DNA of 32,000 nucleotides. It comes from Demequinaceae bacterium (GTDB lineage: Bacteria > Actinomycetota > Actinomycetes > Actinomycetales > Demequinaceae). Each line of letters begins with the position of its first letter. Positions within the stretch are counted from its first letter, which is position 1. Shown here piece after piece: positions 1-10,137 of this stretch. The translations under genes were made by a program, and so were the position numbers. The stretch is taken from assembly GCA_965250005.1 (NCBI GenBank), contig OZ252279.1, positions 1,740,001 through 1,772,000 on the forward strand. The letters run 5' to 3'. Under the pieces are notes generated by a model. The model was not told where the DNA came from. It searched no databases and saw only the letters and a list, made by a program, of their open reading frames with translations.

Positions 1-567
1 GATTCCGACTACGACAGCGAGAAGCTCCAGGAGCGCCTCGCCAAGCTCGCGGGCGGCGTCGCCGTCATCAAGGCGGGCGCGGCCACCGAGGTCGAGCTCA
101 AGGAACGCAAGCACCGCATTGAGGACGCCGTCCGCAACGCGAAGGCTGCTGTGGAAGAAGGGATCGTCGCCGGTGGCGGCGTTGCACTCATCCAAGCGGG
201 CGCGATCGCGTTCAAGGCGCTCAAGCTCCAAGGCGACGAGGCGACCGGTTCGCGCATCGTCGAAGCATCGCTCTCGGCACCGCTTCGCCAGATCGCTGTC
301 AATGCTGGCCTTGAGGGTGGCGTCGTAGTTGAGAAGGTGCGCGGGCTTGATATCGGTCACGGCCTCAATGCTGCGACCGGCGTCTACGAAGACCTGCTCG
401 CTGCGGGTGTCAACGACCCGGTCAAGGTCACGCGCTCTGCGCTACAGAACGCGGCATCCATCGCGGCACTGTTCTTGACCACGGAAGCGGTGGTAGCAGA
501 CCTGCCCGAGCCGGAGCCGGCGATGCCCGCCGGCGGCGCGCCTGACATGGGTGGCATGGGCTTCTAG
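1..567 (+). CDS. groEL: 60 kDa chaperonin GroEL, C-terminal part (5' end outside window)
   Basis: Frame 1 reads [60 protein letters not shown]..., ending DMGGMGF*, diagnostic GroEL C-terminus. Confidence 0.98.
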   Translation, partial: DSDYDSEKLQERLAKLAGGVAVIKAGAATEVELKERKHRIEDAVRNAKAAVEEGIVAGGGVALIQAGAIAFKALKLQGDEATGSRIVEASLSAPLRQIAVNAGLEGGVVVEKVRGLDIGHGLNAATGVYEDLLAAGVNDPVKVTRSALQNAASIAALFLTTEAVVADLPEPEPAMPAGGAPDMGGMGF

Positions 568-697
568 AAGAAGAACTTCACATGCGGGCCGAAGAGGTTC
601 GCTGCTCACGGTGGTCATGCTTGACCCCTTCGCAGCGAATCGGTTCGGCCCGCATTGCTCTTTCCGAGCAGTGTGGGATAGGTCGGGGCTGCGGGAG

Positions 698-979
698 TCA
701 CTGCTCGCTGCGGCCGAGACGTTCGGCGACCGTCACGCGCAGCCCTGACGCGCGCAGTCGGCGGATGAGATCTTTTCCGTCGACGAGCGTCGCTCCGAGC
801 TCCATCAGGCGAGGGTGAAGCTCCAGTGGGATGTCGTAGTGGTCGCGGTCAAAGCCGCGTTCGGGGACGCCCGCGGCGCGTGCTGCCGCGTGAAGCTCCT
901 CGAGTGACTGGTCGCTCACAAGGTGCCCCCAGAGGCGGCCGTGATTGGGCCACATGGGCGGGTCAACAAACAGGGCCAT
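698..979 (-). CDS. DUF4031 domain-containing protein
   Basis: 93 aa, MALFVDPPMWPNHGRLWGHLVSD...ERGFDRDHYDIP, typical DUF4031 pattern. Confidence 0.85.
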   Translation of the reverse strand: MALFVDPPMWPNHGRLWGHLVSDQSLEELHAAARAAGVPERGFDRDHYDIPLELHPRLMELGATLVDGKDLIRRLRASGLRVTVAERLGRSEQ

Positions 980-1003
980 TGGCCCACCCTAGGCGCGCGG
1001 CAG

Positions 1004-1294
1004 TTAGCGCGTGAACATGCGCGCGGCAGTGGCCTCGGCTGACGCATATTGGTCCGCGGCGCTCGAGAGACCGCGGGTCATACTGTCGAGGGCCTGCTCG
1101 AGCTGAATCTGAGCCGTCCGCCATTGGGTGAGCAGCCCCGCGAAGGCGGTTGACGCCCCGCCCTGCCATGAGGCCTCGAGTTGCGTCAACTGTCCCACTA
1201 GAGCGGCGACCTCCGCACGTATGGTCTCGCCGGAAGAAGTAGCGAGGGCGGCGGCCTGCGCTACTTGAGCGGCATCGACGTGGTATTGGGACAT
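1004..1294 (-). CDS. WXG100 family (ESAT-6-like) protein
   Basis: 96 aa helical protein with central W-x-G (ASWQGGAS). Confidence 0.8.
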   Translation of the reverse strand: MSQYHVDAAQVAQAAALATSSGETIRAEVAALVGQLTQLEASWQGGASTAFAGLLTQWRTAQIQLEQALDSMTRGLSSAADQYASAEATAARMFTR

Positions 1295-1409
1295 GAGGAA
1301 CCCTCTCGTTGGTGTTCCCCAAAACTAGGCGTGGGCGAGCGCCGGTGCGCGCGCCCGAGGTCTGGCGGTGCAAGGACTGTAGATGCGGCGCGCTGGGGAC
1401 ACTTGCTGA

Positions 1410-2138
1410 CTAAGCGGCGTCGAGCTCAGCGATCTCGCGAGACACCCGCATGAGTTCGGCCTCGATATTTTGGCGGGCTCGAGCTTCCCACGGCGCGCCG
1501 AGCGGGCTTAGGTACAGACGTTCACGGGCAAGTAGCTGCGCGAGCACGGCCTTGCGGTGCTCGAGATAGTCGCGCTGTGGGGTATCGGCGAACTCGGCCC
1601 TCAGGTCTTCCACGTACGCCATGTAGCGCTTAGGGTCTGCGGCAAGGATCGAGAGGTCGGCGTCGCACAGGACTGCGCAGTCAATGTTGTCGGCGACCGG
1701 CGCGTGCTTTGCTAGCGCCTCGACCATCTCGGCGATCCCGTCAATGGTTTTGTCGGTCATGCCCAATTCGGCCAAATCGGCGCGCGCGAACGCCGCGCTG
1801 GCGGCTTCCGCGTTGGGTCGACGCTCCGCAATCCTCGAGCTGCTGTCAGCCTCCGCAACCGCGCCGTGGTACCAGGCTGCGATGCGGACACTTTGAGGGT
1901 CGTGGGTCTCTTGCTGCAACTGATCGATGTGTTCTAGCAAGTCCATGAGGTGCCGAACGGAGTGATAACTGCGGCGCGAACCTTCCCACATCCGCAAGAG
2001 CCGTTCACCGGCAACGTGCGCCCTTGCCTCCGATACGTCAGCGCCCGCGCCCACGAGTGATCGGACGAAGGACGGAACCAGCCAAGTAGGTGATTCGGAC
2101 GTCGCCACGACTCTCCCTTCGCGGGCGCTAGGCCCCAC
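1410..2138 (-). CDS. HD-superfamily phosphohydrolase-like protein with altered HD doublet
   Basis: YHSVRHLMDLLEHID... AAWYHGAV ... CDADLSILAADPKRYMAYVEDLRAEF matches the 'predicted metal-dependent HD phosphohydrolase' family pattern. Confidence 0.65.
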   Translation of the reverse strand: MGPSAREGRVVATSESPTWLVPSFVRSLVGAGADVSEARAHVAGERLLRMWEGSRRSYHSVRHLMDLLEHIDQLQQETHDPQSVRIAAWYHGAVAEADSSSRIAERRPNAEAASAAFARADLAELGMTDKTIDGIAEMVEALAKHAPVADNIDCAVLCDADLSILAADPKRYMAYVEDLRAEFADTPQRDYLEHRKAVLAQLLARERLYLSPLGAPWEARARQNIEAELMRVSREIAELDAA

Positions 2139-2245
2139 TCCTCCAGTGTCACTCCGAAGTCCTATGAGCGCCAGTCCCCGGGCTATGAACGTGACGCATT
2201 GGGCGTCTTGGTCGCGGGACGCATTGGCTGCCAGCAGCCGCAGCG

Positions 2246-3649
2246 CTAGTTGGCGAGCGGGAACTCGAGAACGATGGTCGCGCCGCCGTCGGCTGGAGGA
2301 ATCGCCCTCGCGGTACCGCCATGAGCGCGCATCACTGCCTCAACGATCGCCAGCCCGAGTCCACTTCCCCCTGTCTCACGTGTCCGTGACACGTCGACAC
2401 GGTGGAAGCGGGAGAACACCTTGTCTCGCTCGGCCTTGGGAATCCCAGGACCCTGGTCGCGGATCGTCACAGATGCGCGTTTGGCGGCGGCGTCGGTGCT
2501 CACAACAAGGTCGATGCGAGTTCCCGCGGGCGTGTGCTGAAGAGCATTGCCGCATACGTTCGCGAGAACCTGTTTGACGTGGCGCGAACTACCGGTGGCG
2601 ACGGGACTCTGCTGGTCGGTGTGCGTGGTGACCTTGATCGTGCGGTCGGGCGCTTGGGCTCGCAGATCTGCAGCGGCCTCTTCCGCAAGGTCGGCAAGAT
2701 TTAGGCGTTCCGAGCCACCCAGCGACGCGGGCCTCTCGTCGTATCGCGCGAGCGTCAGCAGATCCTCGACAAGTGCGCCCATGCGCAGTGCGTTGGACTC
2801 GATCCGCGTCATCGCTTGGTCCGGGTCTTGGCCGCTGCCCAGTCGGTGAAGTTCCGCGTAACCTTGAATAGCGGCGAGGGGCGTGCGCAACTCGTGGCTC
2901 GCATCAGCGAGGAACGACCGCAATCGATCCTCACTGTCGTGCTGCGCGGTGAAGGCCGAGTCGAGCCGCTCGAGCATCGCGTTAAGAGACGCCGCTAGCG
3001 CTCCAGCCTCGGTCCCAGCAGGGGAGGCTGGCACGCGGTGGTTCAGGTCTCCTCCTGCGATCGCTGCGGCAGTCGCCTCCGCTTCGCGCAGCGGACGCAA
3101 TGACCGTCGCGTCGCTGCCCAGGCCACCAATCCGCCAACCGCAGCAGTTCCGACGAGCACGATGATCAGGGTGCGGCGCAAACCTGCGGTCGCGTCCGTA
3201 ACGTCGCTCAGTGGCAACGCGACGGTCAAGGTCCCTCTGGCTTGAGGCATTTCAATGGTGACCATGCGCCATCGAGCGAACTCTCCGTCGGCGCGGACCG
3301 TGTACGGCCCTACGGTGTCGAACTGAACTTCGACGGCGGGGGGCTCTGGGCGGTCGCGCAGCTCGCTGGCGACGCGCTCCACGAGGAATCCCTGCACATT
3401 GTGATACATCACCACGTATTCCGACGGGAGTTCTGCGAGCCGAATGCGCTGGACTACACCTTGGCCCTCTTCGCTCGCGGGCCGCCGATCGTTGAGGGCA
3501 ATCGCCGCGTCGTGCAAACGCCGATCGACTTGGTCGACGAGCGTCCGTTGGACCAGGGCCAGCGCGACTACGCCAATTACCAGTTGAGACACCAGCAACA
3601 GCGTGATCGCTATCGCCGGTAATTGAATGCGGAGGGGGAGGCGGCTCAC
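2246..3649 (-). CDS. HAMP-domain sensor histidine kinase
   Basis: N-terminal TM, HAMP, H-box FLADASHELRTPLAAIQGY, N/G boxes NVCGNALQHTPAGT, GPGIP, GSGLGLAIV; GTGA overlap with the response regulator stop. Confidence 0.95.
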   Translation of the reverse strand: MSRLPLRIQLPAIAITLLLVSQLVIGVVALALVQRTLVDQVDRRLHDAAIALNDRRPASEEGQGVVQRIRLAELPSEYVVMYHNVQGFLVERVASELRDRPEPPAVEVQFDTVGPYTVRADGEFARWRMVTIEMPQARGTLTVALPLSDVTDATAGLRRTLIIVLVGTAAVGGLVAWAATRRSLRPLREAEATAAAIAGGDLNHRVPASPAGTEAGALAASLNAMLERLDSAFTAQHDSEDRLRSFLADASHELRTPLAAIQGYAELHRLGSGQDPDQAMTRIESNALRMGALVEDLLTLARYDERPASLGGSERLNLADLAEEAAADLRAQAPDRTIKVTTHTDQQSPVATGSSRHVKQVLANVCGNALQHTPAGTRIDLVVSTDAAAKRASVTIRDQGPGIPKAERDKVFSRFHRVDVSRTRETGGSGLGLAIVEAVMRAHGGTARAIPPADGGATIVLEFPLAN

Positions 3650-4341
3650 GCGTGTGCCTTCAGCACGTAACCGACTCCGCGCTTGGTTTGGATGAGCGGC
3701 ACGTCAAACGGAGCATCGACCTTCTTGCGGAGGTACGAGATATAGGTCTCGACAATCGCTCCGTCACCATCCCACGCATACTGCCACACGTGGTCGACTA
3801 TCTGGGCCTTCGACAGGACGCGCCCGGCGTTCTCCATCATGAACCGCAAGAGCGTGAACTCCGTGGGCGAGAGGTCGAGGGGTTGACCCGCCCGCGTCGC
3901 CTCGTGAGCGTCGTTATCGAGCACCAAGTCCGCGACCGTGAGCGTGCCGTCAGGCGTTCCAAGTCGCTCCGTGCGCCGCAGGATCGCCTGGATCCGTGCC
4001 ACGAGCTCTGCGAGCGAGAATGGCTTGGTCACGTAGTCGTCGCCTCCCACGGTCAGACCGGCCACGGCGTCATCCGGCTGGTCCTTTGCCGTGAGAAAGA
4101 CGACGGGCATGTGGTCGCCGCGCGCCCGGAGTTTCCGTGTCACGGTGAACCCATCCATGTCAGGCATCATCACGTCGAGGACCACCAGCGACGGCCGGAA
4201 GGACGCAACGGCCTCCAATGCGGCGTTGCCCGATCCAGCTGCCATGACCTCGAATCCCGCGTAGCGCAGGGAGGTGGACAGGAGATCGCGCAGGTCGGGC
4301 TCGTCGTCAACAACGAGTATGCGGTGAGATTCGGGCGCCAT
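3646..4341 (-). CDS. OmpR/PhoB-family response regulator
   Basis: Receiver domain (ILVVDDEPDLRDLL, VVLDVMMPDMDG, LTAKDQ) plus winged-helix DNA-binding domain (LSPTEFTLLRFMMENAGRVLSK). Confidence 0.95.
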   Translation of the reverse strand: MAPESHRILVVDDEPDLRDLLSTSLRYAGFEVMAAGSGNAALEAVASFRPSLVVLDVMMPDMDGFTVTRKLRARGDHMPVVFLTAKDQPDDAVAGLTVGGDDYVTKPFSLAELVARIQAILRRTERLGTPDGTLTVADLVLDNDAHEATRAGQPLDLSPTEFTLLRFMMENAGRVLSKAQIVDHVWQYAWDGDGAIVETYISYLRKKVDAPFDVPLIQTKRGVGYVLKAHA

Positions 4342-4468
4342 GTATCAAGTGTGGGGCCTGTGCCTGGGAGTTTCCTGAGAGTCGCCGCGACACGCCGACC
4401 GCTAGACTGGGAGCACCTCGCCGGCGCTCTTACGTGTCGGCGCAACAACGAGTATCAGCGAGGTTGAC

Positions 4469-4852
4469 ATGCCTACCGGCAAAGTGAAGTGGTTCGACGT
4501 AGAGAAGGGCTTCGGCTTCATCGCGAGCGATGACGGCGGCGAGGCATTCCTGCACGCCTCCGCACTTCCTGACGAATCCGACCCACCCAAGCCTGGCACG
4601 CGCGTCGAGTACTCCATCGCTGACGGCCGACGAGGCCCCTCGGCGCTCTCCGTCAACATCATCGAGCCAGCGCCGACCGTCTCGCAGGGACTTAGAAAGC
4701 CCGCGGACGACATGACGGTGATCGTTGAAGACGTGATTAAGCTGCTCGATAGCATCTCGAACGGCCTCCGCAAGGGCCGCTATCCCGAGCCCGACAAGGG
4801 CAAGAAGGTCGCCGCGCTGCTGCGCGCCGTGGCCGAGCAACTGGAGGCATAA
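4469..4852 (+). CDS. Cold-shock domain protein with about 60-aa C-terminal extension
   Basis: MPTGKVKWFDVEKGFGFIASDDGGEAFLHASAL; 127 aa. Confidence 0.95.
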   Translation: MPTGKVKWFDVEKGFGFIASDDGGEAFLHASALPDESDPPKPGTRVEYSIADGRRGPSALSVNIIEPAPTVSQGLRKPADDMTVIVEDVIKLLDSISNGLRKGRYPEPDKGKKVAALLRAVAEQLEA

Positions 4853-5721
4853 TGGCTGACAAAGTCCTCATCAAGGCCCAGGATCTCGCACACGAGGCTG
4901 CGGCAGAAGCCGCGAGTGGCGCTGAATTTGTTGGCGCCCACTTGAGAGCGACCGAGGTTGACGAGCGTCTGGTCACGCACCAGTTCGCGTGCGAAATGCC
5001 CGGTTACCGTGGATGGGTGTGGGAGGTTGCAGTCTCGCGAGCGCCGCGCGGCAAAGAAGCCGCTGTCTGCGAGGCGCATCTTGTGCCAGCCGACGACGCC
5101 CTTCTTGCCCCCGCATGGGTGCCCTGGGCGGAGCGCGTCCAGCCAGGCGACCTTGACGCCCACATGGTGCTGCCACTGGTCGCAGATGACTTGCGGCTAG
5201 TTCCCGGCTACGAACAGACCGACGACCAAGACGCAGACGCCATCGCTATTTGGGAATTTGGGCTGGGTCGCGAACGCGTGCTAGGTCCCGAAGGCCGGGA
5301 CGAGGCATCCGAGCGTTGGTATCGGGGTTCCAGCGGCCCTACCGCCGCATCGGCCATCGCCGCTACCGCGCAGTGCGCGTCCTGCGCGTTCCTTATCCCG
5401 CTCGCGGGGTCAATGCGAGGCGCGTTCGGAGTGTGTGCCAACGAGTGGTCCGCTTCCGACGCTTCAGTCGTGAGTGCGGATCACGGTTGCGGCGCTCACT
5501 CTCAGACGGACCTCGAAAAGCAGCCTTCCAGGTGGCCTTCAGATCAGCCGGTTGTTGACACCTTTGCCGCAAACGCGGTCGATCTCAACGAGCCTGACCC
5601 GGAGGCCGAACCTGCGGGCAGCGAGCGTGTCAGCACCACCAACTTTTCTCACGCAGATGTCGCAGCAACATATGCGGCACGGTTGACTACTGACGCTGCC
5701 GAGGGGCCGCCCGCTGAGTAG
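4852..5721 (+). CDS. DUF3027 domain-containing protein
   Basis: 289 aa; VGAHLRATEVDERLVTHQFACEMPGYRGWVWEVAVSRAPRGK...VCEAHLVPADDALLAPAWVPWAER; TAATG overlap with upstream csp gene. Confidence 0.9.
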   Translation: MADKVLIKAQDLAHEAAAEAASGAEFVGAHLRATEVDERLVTHQFACEMPGYRGWVWEVAVSRAPRGKEAAVCEAHLVPADDALLAPAWVPWAERVQPGDLDAHMVLPLVADDLRLVPGYEQTDDQDADAIAIWEFGLGRERVLGPEGRDEASERWYRGSSGPTAASAIAATAQCASCAFLIPLAGSMRGAFGVCANEWSASDASVVSADHGCGAHSQTDLEKQPSRWPSDQPVVDTFAANAVDLNEPDPEAEPAGSERVSTTNFSHADVAATYAARLTTDAAEGPPAE

Positions 5722-5755
5722 TCCCGGCCCGGAGGCGGCAAGGCCGCGGACTGCT

Positions 5756-6916
5756 GTGGCCCGCGCGCTCACCACGTCGGCTTACATCCCGACCTTCCTG
5801 TCGGAGATAGGGATCGGGGCGATGTACCCGATACTCGCGTTGTCTCCCGTGCGCCTGGGCGCGACTGCGACTGTTGGATCCGCCGCCGTTGGCTTGTACT
5901 TGGCGGGTCGAATTCTGGGCAATATTGTGGGCGGCAGGCTCACCGCGCAGCGCGGATCCCCGCGGTCGGCGGTGTGGGCGCTGGGACTTCTCGCGGCTGC
6001 TGCGCTTGTGTGTGCCCTGAGCACGTCTGTTGTCCCGTTCATGGTGGGCGCGTTGCTCACGGGCGTTGGCCACGCGGCTGTACACGTGTCGCGACAGGCG
6101 CAGGTTGTGGAGATCGTTCCGAAGCGCTTCCTTGCGCGAGGGCTGACGACGCTCGCAGGGACCTGGCGAATCGGCAACTTCGTGGGACCGCTTGTGGGAG
6201 CAGGCGTGATAGCCGCCAGCGGTCTACGGGGAGCGTACCTTTTTGCCGCGGTGATGATCGTAGCGGGCGCTATATCCCTGCTCGTCACGTCGTCTTGGCG
6301 GCAGGGAGTGCACCACACCGCTGCCAAGAAGGTGTCGATCCGTGCAGTAGTCCGTGAGAACAAGCGGGTGCTGGTAACGCTAGGTGTTGCGGCGGGACTC
6401 ACCAGCGCGGTTCGCATGGCACGGCTCATCGCGCTGCCGCTGTGGGCAGAGCACATCGGGCTAGGCGATGGGACGGCGTCGGCGATCTTCTCGATTTCCG
6501 CGGCCGTGGACATGCTGTTGTTCTATCCCGCTGGCGTGGTCATGGATCGGTGGGGGCGGCGCTGGACGGCGATTCCATCCACGCTGATGATTGCGGTTTC
6601 GATTGCCTTGCTTCCGCTCACGCATGGAGCCGGGACTCTCGCCGTGCTCGCCGTGCTCGCCGGTTTGGGCAACGGGTGGGGATCGGGGCTGCTGATGACG
6701 CTCAATTCAGACGTGGGCCCCGCGCATGGCGGGCCCGTCTTCACCGGCGCGTGGTTGACGATGCTCGACCTCGGCGGGTTGGCGGCGCCGGTAGTGGTCT
6801 CCGTTGGAGCCGTGATTTCACTCGCCACCGGCATGTACGCTGTGGGCGCGCTCGGCCTGGTCGCGACCGCATTGCTCCACCGCTTCATTCCGCCGTGGCG
6901 ACTTGAGGGCGAGTAG
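5756..6916 (+). CDS. MFS transporter
   Basis: 386 aa polytopic membrane protein, about 12 hydrophobic segments, MFS-like layout. Confidence 0.85.
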   Translation: MARALTTSAYIPTFLSEIGIGAMYPILALSPVRLGATATVGSAAVGLYLAGRILGNIVGGRLTAQRGSPRSAVWALGLLAAAALVCALSTSVVPFMVGALLTGVGHAAVHVSRQAQVVEIVPKRFLARGLTTLAGTWRIGNFVGPLVGAGVIAASGLRGAYLFAAVMIVAGAISLLVTSSWRQGVHHTAAKKVSIRAVVRENKRVLVTLGVAAGLTSAVRMARLIALPLWAEHIGLGDGTASAIFSISAAVDMLLFYPAGVVMDRWGRRWTAIPSTLMIAVSIALLPLTHGAGTLAVLAVLAGLGNGWGSGLLMTLNSDVGPAHGGPVFTGAWLTMLDLGGLAAPVVVSVGAVISLATGMYAVGALGLVATALLHRFIPPWRLEGE

Positions 6917-6943
6917 CGACGCTTTGACCCCAGAAATCCCGCT

Positions 6944-6971
6944 GCCCGCGCCACCGTGAGGTGACGCGGGC
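6944..6971. terminator. Possible hairpin between convergent genes
   Basis: GCCCGCG-C-CACC-gtga-GGTG-A-CGCGGGC inverted repeat between convergent MFS and CAP genes; no immediately adjacent T-run. Confidence 0.3.
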
Positions 6972-7006
6972 CTAGCGATGCGGGGTTTTCCTTTTCCGGT
7001 ACTTTC

Positions 7007-7801
7007 TTAGGCACCGAAGTTCTGGATGAGGTACCAGCCGCCGCTCGGCGACTTAGCGACGCCGATCCCGACTTTGCTGAACCATGAGCGGAGGATGTTG
7101 GCCTTGTGGCCAGGTGAGCCCATGAAGCCGTTGTGCGCGCGGCTCGCGAGCTGTCCGAGCGATCCGCCACTGATGTAGTAAGCGTTCTCGCCGTTGTCCC
7201 AGTGGCTACTAGGGCTGTGCGCAAGGGGGCAGTTGTTTTTCGCGAGGTGGACTGCCCACGCGCGTGCCTTGTTCGCGTGGCTCGCGCTCCACGACAGGGC
7301 CGCCTGGCCTGCGTCAGCGCGAGCGGCGTTCACGAGGGCGTAGTTGCCCTGCTCGGCCGACGAGTACGGTGCGCTTGATACGGACGTGGCGCCGATGTTC
7401 GAGAAGGAACACGGGTTCGAAGAACTGCCGCCGCCTCCGCTCGAACTGGAACCGCCGCTGCCGGAGTAGGTGATTTTGGGTGGTGGTGGAGGCTTGATCG
7501 CGATGGCCGGAACCGGGAACAGCGCGGCCTCGGCAGCTGCGTTGGCCGCAGTGTCGGAGTCGTCCGGCGCCTCTGCAGTGATCGCGGGCAGCGATGTTTG
7601 CTCAGCGGGCGCCGGTGTGGTTGTGGGCGCCGGCTCAATAACTGTGCTGGCCGCGCTCGCGGAGTCTGCGTCGGCTGCCTGTAGGGGGAGGGTGGCCACG
7701 AAGCCGAGGGCCACCAGGAGCGGCACTAGCGGTACGAGAACCAACCAACGCGCTTTGGAAGCCTTAGCCGGGGGGAGAACCTCCTGCTGCTGAATAATCA
7801 T
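7007..7801 (-). CDS. CAP (SCP/PR1)-domain protein, membrane-anchored or secreted
   Basis: N-terminal hydrophobic segment, Pro/Ser/Gly-rich linker, then NYALVNAARADAGQAALSWSASHANKARAWAVHLAKN...HSPSSHWDNGENAY...GSPGHKANILR. Start at MIIQQQE placed by a GGAGAGG-tttg-ATG site; the listed ORF extends to 7879. Confidence 0.88.
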   Translation of the reverse strand: MIIQQQEVLPPAKASKARWLVLVPLVPLLVALGFVATLPLQAADADSASAASTVIEPAPTTTPAPAEQTSLPAITAEAPDDSDTAANAAAEAALFPVPAIAIKPPPPPKITYSGSGGSSSSGGGGSSSNPCSFSNIGATSVSSAPYSSAEQGNYALVNAARADAGQAALSWSASHANKARAWAVHLAKNNCPLAHSPSSHWDNGENAYYISGGSLGQLASRAHNGFMGSPGHKANILRSWFSKVGIGVAKSPSGGWYLIQNFGA

Positions 7802-8918
7802 CAAACCTCTCCAAGATCCACTCGAGGGTTCTTGTAAGAGCGCTGGCATCCTCCGGATCAACTGCCGGGAAGGTCCCAATTCTTAGTTGGTTCCGTCCTA
7901 ACTTCCGATAAGGATCGACATCTACGATGCCGTTCTCCCTCAGCACTCTACGAATCGTCCCTGATTCGATATTCGATTCCAAGTCCAACGTAACGACGAC
8001 CTGAGAGCGGTTGGAAGGGTTTGTGACGAAGGGCACTGTGTGATGTTTTTCACTAGCCCAGTTGTAGATTCGGTTCGACGAATCGGCTGTTCGCGCGGAG
8101 GCCCACGACATTCCGCCGCTCTCGATCAGCCATTCGAGCTGGGCCCTGGCCATCACCAAGGTGGCGATAGCGGGGGTGTTCATTGTCTGGTCCATGCGCG
8201 AGCTATCAATTGCACCTTGAAGTGACAAACTCCCTGGTATATAGCGATCTGAGGCGGCGATCTCTGCCACGCGCGCTAGAGCCTCCGGCGACATGATCGC
8301 AAACCACAGTCCGCCGTCCGAGGCGAGCCCCTTTTGCGGCGAGAAGTAGTAGACGTCGGTCTGCGAGACATCTACGTGAATGCCGCCGGCGGCTGAAGTC
8401 CCATCGACCACGACGAGTGCATCACCGATGCCTGTAGGTCGTTTGACGGGCACCATCGCCCCGGTTGATGTCTCGTTGTGAGCCCACGCGTAAACGTCAA
8501 TTCCGTCATCCGCCTCGGGCAGAATAGTGTGGCCCGGCTCCGCGTGACGGATGCTCGGCGATGCGAGGTGAGGCGCGCCGTTGGTGACAGCCGCGAACTT
8601 CGCGCCGAACTCCCCGAAGGCGCAGTGCTGCGACTTTTCGCGTACAAGCGAGAATGCCGCGACGTCCCAAAACGCCGACGCGCCGCCGAGGCCGAGGACC
8701 ACTTCATAGCCGTCGGGCAGCGAGAAGAACTCGCCGAGCATGGCGCGAACGTCGCCCACGAGCGCCTTCACCGGCGCCGCCCGGTGTGACGTTCCCAGCA
8801 GGTGCGGCTGCGCAGCCTGTAGCGCCGCCATTTGGCGGTCCGTCACCTTGGACGGCCCCGAGCCAAATCGGCCGTCGTGGGGAAGTAATTCTGGGGGCAC
8901 TTTGAGGTCCTCAAGCAT
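7764..8918 (-). CDS. serC: Phosphoserine aminotransferase
   Basis: 384 aa PLP class V aminotransferase; DGRFGSGPSKV, GTSHR, GGASAFWDVAAFSLV, YYFSPQKGLASDGGLW. Confidence 0.93.
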   Translation of the reverse strand: MLEDLKVPPELLPHDGRFGSGPSKVTDRQMAALQAAQPHLLGTSHRAAPVKALVGDVRAMLGEFFSLPDGYEVVLGLGGASAFWDVAAFSLVREKSQHCAFGEFGAKFAAVTNGAPHLASPSIRHAEPGHTILPEADDGIDVYAWAHNETSTGAMVPVKRPTGIGDALVVVDGTSAAGGIHVDVSQTDVYYFSPQKGLASDGGLWFAIMSPEALARVAEIAASDRYIPGSLSLQGAIDSSRMDQTMNTPAIATLVMARAQLEWLIESGGMSWASARTADSSNRIYNWASEKHHTVPFVTNPSNRSQVVVTLDLESNIESGTIRRVLRENGIVDVDPYRKLGRNQLRIGTFPAVDPEDASALTRTLEWILERFDDYSAAGGSPPG

Positions 8919-8961
8919 GGTGACAGCCTAGTGGCCGCGGCCACGCTGACATGATGGACCC

Positions 8962-10137
8962 ATGTTCAGATTGAAGCCCGCGTTGCAGGACTATGCGTGG
9001 GGAGATGAGACGTCCATTCCCCAACTGCTCGGGCAGCCACCCAGTGGTGAGCCAGTGGCAGAAGCTTGGTGGGGCGCGCATCCCGCCGCGCCAACGCTGT
9101 GCGATGTCGACGGGCGGCAGATCTCCCTTGCCGAGGTCATCGCGCAGGATCCGGACGCCATGCTTGGCGCAGAGGTCGCTGAACGGTTCGATGGCAAACT
9201 GCCCTACCTGCTCAAGGTGCTGGCTATCGCGAAGCCGCTGTCCATTCAGGTTCACCCGTCAACGTCTCAGGCCCTGGCAGGGTTCGCGGCCGAGGACGAG
9301 GCGGGGATACAGATCGACGCCCCGAACCGCGTCTATCGCGATCGCTCTCATAAGCCCGAGATGGTTGTCGCAATCACGCCGATGTCGGTGAGCACAGGAT
9401 TTCGTCCTCACAGTGACGTGGCCGACGATCTGACACTGATTGGCGGCGCGCAGGCTCGTGAACTGAGGGATGTCCTCCTTGGCGCCGCAACCCCCACACT
9501 CGCCATTGCGGGCTACTTGCGCGCTGCTCTCGCGCTACCTCGCGGCGCCGGTGTGTTGAATTCGCTACGGGCGCTGCAGATCGTCGCCGAGCCGTCCGCT
9601 GCGGTCCGCGCCGCAGCAGCGTCCGCTTTGGCGCACCCCGACGACGTGGGCGCCGCGGTCACGCTGGCTATGAACGTCGAGAATCTGCAGATTGGCGACG
9701 CGTGTTTTACGCCCGCCGGGACTGTCCACTCATATCAGCGTGGGGTGGGGCTTGAGGTGATGGCGAATTCCGACAATGTTGTGCGTGCGGGTCTGACGGG
9801 TAAGCACGTCGACGTCGAGCAGTTGCTCGGGATCGCGGTGACCAATCCGACGACACCGGATCGCCCGTCGCAGACGGTGGAGGGAGCGGCAGTTCGCTAC
9901 GAGACGCCCGCGAGCGAATTCGAACTCATCATGGTCCGTGGCGGCGAGTCCGGTGTGGCTGCAGGGCCGCGAGTCGCGCTCTGTCTGGAGGGTGAAACTG
10001 TCATCCACGCTGAGGCGGCCGAGTCTGCGACGCTCAACCGTGGTGAGGCGGTGTTCTCGCCCGCAAGCGACGGCGAGCTCCGAGTGAGCACGGACGGAGC
10101 GACCGCCATTGTGACGGTTCCCGGACAGCCGGTGTGA
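8962..10137 (+). CDS. manA: Mannose-6-phosphate isomerase, class I
   Basis: DYAWGDETSIPQLLG, PLSIQVHPS, DRSHKPEMVVAITP, CFTPAGTVHSYQRGVGLEVMANSDNVVRAGLTGKHVD. Confidence 0.95.
   Translation: MFRLKPALQDYAWGDETSIPQLLGQPPSGEPVAEAWWGAHPAAPTLCDVDGRQISLAEVIAQDPDAMLGAEVAERFDGKLPYLLKVLAIAKPLSIQVHPSTSQALAGFAAEDEAGIQIDAPNRVYRDRSHKPEMVVAITPMSVSTGFRPHSDVADDLTLIGGAQARELRDVLLGAATPTLAIAGYLRAALALPRGAGVLNSLRALQIVAEPSAAVRAAAASALAHPDDVGAAVTLAMNVENLQIGDACFTPAGTVHSYQRGVGLEVMANSDNVVRAGLTGKHVDVEQLLGIAVTNPTTPDRPSQTVEGAAVRYETPASEFELIMVRGGESGVAAGPRVALCLEGETVIHAEAAESATLNRGEAVFSPASDGELRVSTDGATAIVTVPGQPV

Noticed and set aside
7400-7460. Gly/Ser codon repeats in the CAP-domain gene as a tandem repeat element
   Set aside because: Short SGGSSSSGGGGSSS linker coding sequence, an ordinary interdomain linker.
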